From contig DASYVJ010000058.1 of the NCBI GenBank assembly GCA_035937155.1, positions 1,938 through 65,937 of the forward strand: a DNA stretch of 64,000 bases, given 5' to 3'. The stretch is from Candidatus Dormiibacterota bacterium (GTDB taxonomy: Bacteria > Chloroflexota > Dormibacteria > Dormibacterales > Dormibacteraceae). The stretch's first letter is position 1. Each line of letters opens with the position of its first letter. The notes below the pieces were generated by a model. It saw only the letters and a program-made list of their open reading frames with translations. It was not told the origin of the DNA and ran no database searches. Position numbers and translations under genes: made by a program. Shown here piece by piece: positions 24,666-31,497 of this stretch.

Positions 24666-24706
24666 TGCGTAATGCCAATCTGCGTTATGCGAATCAGCAT
24701 TACGCA
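24666..24706. repeat. 10-bp perfect inverted repeat with an internal near-direct copy, just 3' of tRNA-Ala
   Basis: TGCGTAATGC (24666-24675) pairs with GCATTACGCA (24697-24706). The loop contains TGCGTTATGC (24681-24690). Confidence 0.5.
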
Positions 24707-24718
24707 AAAGAGGGCAAT

Positions 24719-24794
24719 TGGTGGACCCGAGGGGATTCGAACCCCTGACCTTCTGACTGCCAGTCAGACGCGCTCCCAACTGCGCCACGGGCCC
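24719..24794 (-). tRNA. tRNA-Ala (anticodon GGC)
   Basis: Minus strand GGGCCCG-TG-GCGC-AGTTGGG-AGCGC-G-TCTGA-CTGGCAG-TCAGA-AGGTC-AGGGG-TTCGAAT-CCCCT-CGGGTCC-A-CCA. Full cloverleaf, G3:U70 identity pair, encoded CCA. Confidence 0.95.
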
Positions 24795-24857
24795 ACGACC
24801 GCCCAGCCGAGTAGTTGATGATACCGCCCACCTTCCGCCCTCCTCTACGATCTCCAG

Positions 24858-25571
24858 TTGCCGGTGCAGACGCGTGAGATCGATCGCAGCGAGCTGAAGG
24901 GCGGCGGCTATATTGCGACGCCCGATGGTTCCGGCCCTCATCCCGGGGTGGTCGTGATCCATGAGGCTTACGGGCTGAACGACCACATCAAAGACGTCAC
25001 ACACCGATTTGCCGAAGCCGGCTATGTCGCACTGGCGGTGGACCTCTTCACCGATCGCAACCGCGCCGTCTGCATGGCCCGCTACATGGGCGGAATGCTT
25101 ATCGGCTCGGTCAATCGCTACGGCATCGACGACCTCAAGGCCGGGCTCACCTACCTTGCGAACGATCGCACCGTAGACGCCCAGCGTTTGGGCGCCATCG
25201 GGTTTTGCATGGGCGGCGGATTCGCCATCGCCTGGGCCTGCACCGATTCGCGGCTCAAGGCCATCGCGCCCTTCTATGCCGCCAATCCGCGCCCGCTCGA
25301 AGTGGTCAATCGCATTTGCCCGGTGGTCGGCTCCTATCCCGCGAAGGACTTCACCGCGAGCGCGGGACGCGCCCTCGACACGGCACTCGACGAGTACAAC
25401 ATCACGCACGACATCAAGATCTATCCAGGAGCCAAGCACTCATTCTTCAATGACCGCCGCGATTCGTACGACAAAGCGGCCGCCGAGGACTCCTGGACTC
25501 GCGTCTTGACGTTCTTCGGCGAGCAGATCGGCGGCCCTGAGACCGCCGAAACCAACCGACTAACCGACTAA
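24858..25571 (+). CDS. dienelactone hydrolase-family protein
   Basis: 'GVVVIHEAYGLNDHIKDVTHRFAEAGYVALAVDLF' and nucleophile motif 'GFCMGGG'. The supplied ORF opens with a non-ATG (TTG) codon at 24858. Confidence 0.85.
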   Translation: MPVQTREIDRSELKGGGYIATPDGSGPHPGVVVIHEAYGLNDHIKDVTHRFAEAGYVALAVDLFTDRNRAVCMARYMGGMLIGSVNRYGIDDLKAGLTYLANDRTVDAQRLGAIGFCMGGGFAIAWACTDSRLKAIAPFYAANPRPLEVVNRICPVVGSYPAKDFTASAGRALDTALDEYNITHDIKIYPGAKHSFFNDRRDSYDKAAAEDSWTRVLTFFGEQIGGPETAETNRLTD

Positions 25572-25575
25572 CCGG

Positions 25576-26847
25576 CTAGCGGCGCCACCTGCTGCTGCGA
25601 CCGCGGTTCCGGTTGAATCGCGGAGCGGCGCTGGTCGGATGCGCTTGCATGGGCCGGCCTTCGCGGTAGTGCCAGCTGCCCTCGTCGAGCAGTCTCTTCG
25701 TGTCGAGCTCTCTAATGTCGGGTGCACCCAGGCGGCTGAGCTTGACCCACGCGGACTCGTCCTCGGGAGTGACGAACGTGAGCGCACGCCCGGCCTCACC
25801 CATCCTCGCCGTCCGGCCGACCCGATGGGTCAGCCATTGCGGCGAATCAGGCAGCTCGAAGTTCACCACCAGACCGACGTTGACGACATCGATGCCACGC
25901 GCGGCCACGTTGGTCGCGACGAGGATTTGACTGCGACCCGTGCGAAACGACTCCATCGCGCGGTCGCGGACCAGCTGCGAAAGATCTCCTTGCAGCTCGA
26001 CCGAGTTGTGACCCATGTCTCGCAAGTGCTTGTTCAGCTTCTTCACACCGTGCTTGGTGCGGCCGAAGATGATCGCGCTACCCGAGTGCCGGCGGAGCAG
26101 GCGGCTCAGCGTCTGGAGCTTGTTGTCGCGATCGACACGCAGCAACCCATGCTCGAGCAGGTCGGCATGGTTCGACTCGAGGCGTACTTGCACCGGGTTG
26201 TTGGTGTGCTTTTCGACCATCCTCGTCACCCAGCTCGGCATCGTCGCCGAGGCGAGCACCGTCTGCGGCTCATACGTGAGACCCAGGATCTTTTCGACCG
26301 ACGGCGCAAAGCCGGCATCGAGCATCTCGTCAGCCTCGTCGAGCACCAGGTACTCGATGCGCGACAGCGAGAGCTTGCCCTGGCCCAGCATGTCGATGAT
26401 CCGGCCGGGAGTGCCGACCACCACGTCGACGCCGTGCTTCAGAGCGAGCCTCTGCGTCGCGTAGCCGACACCGCCGTAGAGGACGGTCGAGCGAAGCTCC
26501 GGTGCGAGGGTGCGCAGCACCTTCTCGACCTGGAGCGCAAGCTCCCGGGTTGGCGTGACGATCAGCGCCCGAGGCCCGGCACCGCCGCGCGGCAGCTGGT
26601 CGACCAGCGGGATGAGATAGGCAAGAGTCTTGCCGGACCCGGTCTGGGCTTCCATGACGACGTCATTACCCGCGAGCAGCGCGGGGATGGCTTCCGCCTG
26701 GACCTGGACCGGTTCCGTGATGCCCTGCTTGGACAGGGCGGCGAGTAGGCGCGGGCTGACGCCCGCATCGGCAAACGAGCCGAACATGCGCGGGCTTACA
26801 CCCGCTTCAGCAATTGCTGGCAACGTAGTTCTCCTGATCCTCTCCAA
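25576..26847 (-). CDS. DEAD-box ATP-dependent RNA helicase
   Basis: Motifs 'AQTGSGKT', 'VLDEADEMLD', 'SAT', 'HRVGRTARMG'. The start is ambiguous: the ATG at 26784 (MFGSFADAGVSPRLL) may be the real one. Confidence 0.9.
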   Translation of the reverse strand: MERIRRTTLPAIAEAGVSPRMFGSFADAGVSPRLLAALSKQGITEPVQVQAEAIPALLAGNDVVMEAQTGSGKTLAYLIPLVDQLPRGGAGPRALIVTPTRELALQVEKVLRTLAPELRSTVLYGGVGYATQRLALKHGVDVVVGTPGRIIDMLGQGKLSLSRIEYLVLDEADEMLDAGFAPSVEKILGLTYEPQTVLASATMPSWVTRMVEKHTNNPVQVRLESNHADLLEHGLLRVDRDNKLQTLSRLLRRHSGSAIIFGRTKHGVKKLNKHLRDMGHNSVELQGDLSQLVRDRAMESFRTGRSQILVATNVAARGIDVVNVGLVVNFELPDSPQWLTHRVGRTARMGEAGRALTFVTPEDESAWVKLSRLGAPDIRELDTKRLLDEGSWHYREGRPMQAHPTSAAPRFNRNRGRSSRWRR

Positions 26848-26994
26848 GTTCGTATTTGGTTCGCGACGATCAGGACACCGTTACCGTGACGGCGAGAGAG
26901 GACCCGAGCGGAGCGGGCCGGCAGAGCCGACCGTGGCGACTAGTCTACCGGTTCGACACGCTTGACGCGTTTCACTCACGATGGGCGAGCTCAA

Positions 26995-27765
26995 ATGAAC
27001 GTCCTCGTCACCGGTGCGACGGGCGCGCTCGGGCGCCACGTCGTAACGCAATTGCGGAACGCCGGGCACCGCGCTCGCATCTTCAGCCGCAACCCGCAGG
27101 GGCACCTCGACGCGGTCCAGGGCGATCTGGTCACGGGCGCCGGCCTCCTGAGAGCGGTCACCGGCATGGACGCGATCATCCACGCCGCATCCGCTGCCGC
27201 TCAGCCCACCAAGTTGCGAGCGACCGATGTGCGCGGCACGCGCCGGCTGCTCGCGATGGCACGCGAGGAGGGCGTGCGACATGTCGCCTATGTATCCATC
27301 GTTGGCATGGAAGGGGTCGCGTTTCCCTACTACAGGACCAAGCTCGCAGCCGAGGCCGTGATCAAAGAGAACATCGTGCCCTGGTCGATCCTGCGGGCGA
27401 CCCAGTTCCACACGCTGATGGAGACGTTCCTCGGAGCGTTCTCCAGACCGCCTTTTGTCGCGGCGGTCCCTCTCAAGTGGCAGTTCCAGCCGGTCGACCC
27501 AGGCGAGGTGGCAACGCGCCTTGTCGAGGTCGTGACTCACGAACCGGCCGGCGTGCTGCCCGACTTCGGCGGCCCCGAGGTGAGAACGTTCAAGAGCATC
27601 GCCGAGTCATGGCTCAAGGCTCGGAACAGCAAGAAGCGGCTGGTGAACATGCCGCTCCCGTTCAAGTTCAGCCGCCAGTTCGCAGAAGGCCGCGTGCTTT
27701 GCCCGGACCACAAGGACGGCAAGATCACGTTCGAGCAGTATCTGGCCGAGAAGTACTCGTATTGA
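26995..27765 (+). CDS. NAD(P)H-binding NmrA-like/atypical SDR protein
   Basis: Internal ATG at 26995 with 'MNVLVTGATGALGRHVVTQL'. Confidence 0.85.
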   Translation: MNVLVTGATGALGRHVVTQLRNAGHRARIFSRNPQGHLDAVQGDLVTGAGLLRAVTGMDAIIHAASAAAQPTKLRATDVRGTRRLLAMAREEGVRHVAYVSIVGMEGVAFPYYRTKLAAEAVIKENIVPWSILRATQFHTLMETFLGAFSRPPFVAAVPLKWQFQPVDPGEVATRLVEVVTHEPAGVLPDFGGPEVRTFKSIAESWLKARNSKKRLVNMPLPFKFSRQFAEGRVLCPDHKDGKITFEQYLAEKYSY

Positions 27766-28250
27766 ACCGCCTCGTTGATCGCTTCGGCCGCACGGGCACT
27801 GCCGCCTTGACAAGCCTCATCTGGGCCCTGCCGATGGCCGCCTGGGCAGGATCGTCCGACCTCTCGCCCATCGACAAAACGGCCTACCCATGGGTGGCCC
27901 TGTCCATCGGCATCGTGATGTTTATCGTCTGGCTGGTCTTGCTGACTCGCCTCGGCCGCATCCCGGTCGCGCCCCGCCAGCGCCGCCTAGACATCGCGCA
28001 GATGTCCCGCTCGGAGAAGCGATGGACCCTGGCGCTGGTAGCGTTCGGCGCCGGACTCATCGCCTGGCTCAACGCGGCGGCGACCGTCGATTGGGCGCCC
28101 CTCGCCGCAGCCGTGGGCTCGGGCAAGCTCGAACCCATCCTCTTCGCGGCAGCGCTCGCTGTCTATCTGATCGCCATGCTGGCGGGCATCGCGATCAGCT
28201 GGCGCAAATCGCGACACGCTTTTCAAGCCCGACGTCGCTCCGCGGCATGA
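27762..28250 (+). CDS. hypothetical membrane protein (start uncertain)
   Basis: Only the C-terminal third of ORF 26856..28250 looks protein-like ('WVALSIGIVMFIVWLVLLT', 'WTLALVAFGAGLIAWL', 'ILFAAALAVYLIAMLAGIAI'). TTG 27762 overlaps the upstream stop. The upstream 300 codons are an Arg/Pro-rich shadow frame. Confidence 0.5.
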   Translation: MNRLVDRFGRTGTAALTSLIWALPMAAWAGSSDLSPIDKTAYPWVALSIGIVMFIVWLVLLTRLGRIPVAPRQRRLDIAQMSRSEKRWTLALVAFGAGLIAWLNAAATVDWAPLAAAVGSGKLEPILFAAALAVYLIAMLAGIAISWRKSRHAFQARRRSAA

Positions 28251-28834
28251 GCACACTCTACCGGCTGATGTACCTGGTGGGGTTCACACCCTGGGACGGA
28301 GTTTCTCCGCCTGAGCTTCGCGAGGCCATCGAAGGCCCCGGTGCGCTGCCGCCGGGCCGGGCACTCGACGTCGGTTCGGGCAAAGGCGCTAAGGCGATCT
28401 ACATGGCGACCCACGGGTGGAAGGTGTCGGCGGTCGAAAACGTCCCACGCGCGGTGGCTCAGGCTCGCCGGCGGGCCGAGGCGGCACACGCCACGGTCGA
28501 CTTTCGGCTTGGCGACGTGACGCGGCTGCCGGCGCTAGCCCTCGAGCCCGGCTACAACCTCGTGTTCGACTTCGGATGCTTTCACGGCCTGAAGGCGGCC
28601 GAGCGCGATGCCTATGCCCAAGGTGTCACTCTGCTTGCGGCGCCAGGCGCTCAGCTCTTGATGATGGCCTTTACCCGAGCTCTTCCTCCGGTGCCCAGTG
28701 GAGTCAGTGAAGCCGAGCTACTCGAGCGGTTCGGGGATTCCTGGAAGCTCATGTGGTCGCATACCGACCGGTCTGGCGGTACATCCGCCATGGACCGCGC
28801 CGGCGCCAGCTGGTTCTGCCTCTCACGCCGGTAG
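28247..28834 (+). CDS. class I SAM-dependent methyltransferase (paralog of 20634..21203)
   Basis: Internal ATG at 28247 (ATGA overlap with the upstream stop). 'RLMYLVGFTPWDGVSPPEL...ALDVGSGKGAK'. Confidence 0.8.
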   Translation: MSTLYRLMYLVGFTPWDGVSPPELREAIEGPGALPPGRALDVGSGKGAKAIYMATHGWKVSAVENVPRAVAQARRRAEAAHATVDFRLGDVTRLPALALEPGYNLVFDFGCFHGLKAAERDAYAQGVTLLAAPGAQLLMMAFTRALPPVPSGVSEAELLERFGDSWKLMWSHTDRSGGTSAMDRAGASWFCLSRR

Positions 28835-28914
28835 CTGTCCTTCCTGGGGGAATAGTTGCTTGCGCAAGCAAGTAGTTATGGATAGGAATTCAACTCTTCC
28901 AGGAGGAAAACAAA

Positions 28915-29463
28915 ATGGTCAAGTACGAGATCGATCAGGCCCACACGCATATTGGATTTACCGCCAAGCATCTGGCGGTTTCGAAGGTGCGCGGGCGTTT
29001 TAACAGGTTCGAGGGGTTTTTCGAAGGACCGGATGACGATCCGACCAATGCGCGAGGCGAGGTCAAGATCGAAGTGGCGAGTCTCGAGTCGCGGAGCGAC
29101 CAGCGCGACACGCACCTTCGGTCAGCCGACTTCTTCGACATCGAGAAGTACCCCTACATGACATTCAAGCTTACCGGGCTACAGGTCATCGATGACGAGA
29201 ACTTCAAGGTACTCGGCGACCTGACTGTCAAAAACATCACCAAGCCCATCACGCTCGACGCCACCATTGAGGGCCGTCTGGCCGACCCGTTCGGCGCCAA
29301 GGAGCGCGTCGGCATCAGCGCGAGCGCAAAGATCAACCGCATGGACTGGGGCCTCAACTGGGATGGAGTCGCGGGCGCCGTGCCGTTCGCCAGCCACACC
29401 ATCAACCTCGAGGTCGACGCCGAGATCGTCGTCAAGGTCGAGGAGGCCGCGAAGACTTCCTAG
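28915..29463 (+). CDS. YceI-family polyisoprenoid-binding protein
   Basis: 'YEIDQAHTHIGFTAKHLAVSKVRGRFNRFEG' is the typical YceI N-terminus. AGGAGGAAAA lies upstream of the ATG. Confidence 0.9.
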   Translation: MVKYEIDQAHTHIGFTAKHLAVSKVRGRFNRFEGFFEGPDDDPTNARGEVKIEVASLESRSDQRDTHLRSADFFDIEKYPYMTFKLTGLQVIDDENFKVLGDLTVKNITKPITLDATIEGRLADPFGAKERVGISASAKINRMDWGLNWDGVAGAVPFASHTINLEVDAEIVVKVEEAAKTS

Positions 29464-29472
29464 AGGTACCTA

Positions 29473-29503
29473 CGAGGGGGACTCGAAATGAGTCCCCCTC
29501 CGT
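29473..29503 (+). terminator. hairpin after the yceI-like gene (candidate intrinsic terminator)
   Basis: GAGGGGGACTC-gaaat-GAGTCCCCCTC is a perfect 11-bp stem. It is followed by a pyrimidine-rich 'cgtccttctat' rather than a clean T-run. Confidence 0.45.
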
Positions 29504-29511
29504 CCTTCTAT

Positions 29512-29976
29512 ATGCGTGGACCAATGAATAGGATTACCCCCGTGGCCAGGCTAGCCAGCACCAAGGCGGTCCAGCTGTGGGAAGCCATCTCGCGCTCTCA
29601 CAACTCGATGACAGCCGCGATCGAGAAAGAGATGCTGCCCGAGACCGGCATTGCGCTCAGCTGGTACGAGGTCCTGGCTCATCTCAACCGCGCGCCTAAC
29701 GGGATGCTGCGTTTCCAGGATCTAGCCCGGGTTGCCGGCCTGACAGACAGCGGTGTTTCACGCCGTCTGAATCAGATGATCAAAGCGGGCCTGGTCGACC
29801 GGCACACATGCCCAACCGATGGCAGGGGCGTGTACGCCCACCTGACCGACAAGGGCAAGATGGCCTACACCAAGGCGCATGCGGTCTTCCTGCGCAGCCT
29901 CCATCGCAACCTGGACAGCCGTTTCCAGCCCGGCGAAGCCGAGGCTGTCAACGCAGCACTCTCGAGGTTGGGGTAG
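29512..29976 (+). CDS. MarR-family transcriptional regulator
   Basis: 'LSWYEVLAHLNRAPNGMLRFQDLARVAGLTDSGVSRRLNQMIKAGLVDRHTCPTDGRGVYAHLTDKG'. The start was moved to ATG 29512 because ATG 29488 lies inside the hairpin. Confidence 0.85.
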   Translation: MRGPMNRITPVARLASTKAVQLWEAISRSHNSMTAAIEKEMLPETGIALSWYEVLAHLNRAPNGMLRFQDLARVAGLTDSGVSRRLNQMIKAGLVDRHTCPTDGRGVYAHLTDKGKMAYTKAHAVFLRSLHRNLDSRFQPGEAEAVNAALSRLG

Positions 29977-30015
29977 CCCATGGTCCCCTAATGGGAGAAG
30001 GGTGAGGGGCGTGAG
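29974..30015. repeat. family-2 GC-rich repeat, degenerate copy overlapping a stop codon
   Basis: 'TAGCCCATggTCCCCTaatGGGAGaAGGGTGAGGGGcgtgag'. Confidence 0.45.
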
Positions 30016-30039
30016 CTCAGTTAGGCGACTTCAGCCCAG

Positions 30040-30459
30040 TTAGCCCGCTTCCGCCCTCTTGGCCAGGTTGGCCAGCAGGGTGCCGAACTCCTTCGAGACC
30101 TGCGGACCGAGCATGCCCTGCAGAATCGGCCCCAGCGGGCCCTTGACCTCGATCATCTGGCTGATCTTCGTCTTGCCACCAGACGGCTCGACACGGCAGT
30201 TGAAGCGAAACCTGGTCCCAGGAACGACGCCGGTCTCGAGAGCAAAAAAGCGCCCGGGCTGAACCTCGGCGAGCGTCATCTTGTGGTGCTGCCCGGCTCT
30301 CGTGTTCATCACGCCCTGCGTGCCCTGGTCAAAACCGCCTTGCCAGTCCATGGTCGACACGTTTGGGTTCCAGTCGCCCCAGGTCGACATGTCCGACCAG
30401 ACCTTCCAGACCCGCTCCGGGGAAGCGGTCGACTCGACCGACGTTCCGTACTCAGCCAC
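30040..30459 (-). CDS. SRPBCC-family (polyketide cyclase/dehydrase-like) protein
   Basis: 'ESTASPERVWKVWSDMSTWGDWNPNV' is a typical SRPBCC N-terminus. Confidence 0.8.
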   Translation of the reverse strand: MAEYGTSVESTASPERVWKVWSDMSTWGDWNPNVSTMDWQGGFDQGTQGVMNTRAGQHHKMTLAEVQPGRFFALETGVVPGTRFRFNCRVEPSGGKTKISQMIEVKGPLGPILQGMLGPQVSKEFGTLLANLAKRAEAG

Positions 30460-30468
30460 GCGCCAAGG

Positions 30469-31467
30469 TTAGACCTCTGCGGGCTTGAGTGACGCCGCCT
30501 GCACGACCGGTGGCGCGTTCTCCTTCGACCAGTTGAGGACCAGGATCACCGCGAGCAGCAGCGCGGTGCCGATCACCTGCGCCGGGTAGACGGGCTGGTT
30601 GAAGCCCCACGGCGGCGGCGCCCAAAAGATCAGCGTCGCGGCCACCGGATACGCCATCTCGGCGATAGTGGCGAGCGAGGCCGGGGTCTTCGAGAGCGCA
30701 CGGTAGTACAGCAGCAGGGCGAGCAGGCCCGGCACGATCGCGATGGCGAGCAGGTTGGGCCAGAAGTCGCTCAGCTGGTAGTGACCGAATCCAGACGGCC
30801 CGTACTGAAAGAGCACGATCACGATCAGAACCGGCAGTGCCAGCGTGAACCGCAGTGAGGTCATGCTCCAGAAGCTGATTGATCCCAGCGCGTAGCGGCC
30901 GAGGACGGTGCCGCTGGCCCAGAAGGCCGCGGCACCCAGCGCGAGCAGACCGGCCTCGAGCCTGCCCTTTTGCAGCGCGGATACGGGAGCCAGCGGATCC
31001 TGGGCGAAGACAACCAGGTAGACAGCGACGAGAGCGACCGCCGCAGCCGGCCAGAACCACGGTCGGCGCCGCTCGCCGAGCACGATCCAGGCCAAACCGA
31101 TTGCAAGCAGGGGCTGCGTCTGCTGGAGAACAAGCGTCTCCGCATAGATCTGGTACGAAAACGATGCGGTGAACAGAATGGTGGCCAGCGACTGAGCGCC
31201 CACCGCGATCAGCCCAACGGCGATCCATCCTCGGACGCCGAGCCGCCGGACCTCATGCCAGCTCCGGAACAGCACGGGCAGCAAGAACAAAGCGATCAGG
31301 GCGTCTTCGGCGACCACGATCTGCGTCGGGCTCAGGTGCTTGATCAGCTGGTTGCGGAAGTAAGCGTCGGAGACCCACAGAGTGGCGGCTACTGCCACCA
31401 GGATCACCGAGTACCGGTCGATGCCGGCACGGCTGGCTGTCGCGTTCTCTTGTGTCACTGAATTCAC
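30469..31467 (-). CDS. EamA/DMT-superfamily transporter
   Basis: About 10 hydrophobic helices in two halves, with 'ALSKTPASLATIAEMAYPVAATLI'-type EamA repeat sequence. Confidence 0.85.
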   Translation of the reverse strand: MNSVTQENATASRAGIDRYSVILVAVAATLWVSDAYFRNQLIKHLSPTQIVVAEDALIALFLLPVLFRSWHEVRRLGVRGWIAVGLIAVGAQSLATILFTASFSYQIYAETLVLQQTQPLLAIGLAWIVLGERRRPWFWPAAAVALVAVYLVVFAQDPLAPVSALQKGRLEAGLLALGAAAFWASGTVLGRYALGSISFWSMTSLRFTLALPVLIVIVLFQYGPSGFGHYQLSDFWPNLLAIAIVPGLLALLLYYRALSKTPASLATIAEMAYPVAATLIFWAPPPWGFNQPVYPAQVIGTALLLAVILVLNWSKENAPPVVQAASLKPAEV

Positions 31468-31497
31468 TTGAACGCCAAGTTTTAGCAGAAACTTCCC

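Noticed and set aside
2003-24794. The tRNA remnant at 2003 and tRNA-Ala at 24719 as attL/attR of a single island
   Set aside because: Their 3' halves differ outside the universal TTCGAAT loop (tcacggag against cgggtcca acceptor strands), so they are not direct repeats of one another.
26856-27761. N-terminal 300 codons of the 464-aa ORF 26856..28250
   Set aside because: The sequence is extremely Arg/Pro/Gly-rich and overlaps the well-supported NmrA-like gene in another frame. Only the hydrophobic C-terminal part was kept as a possible gene.
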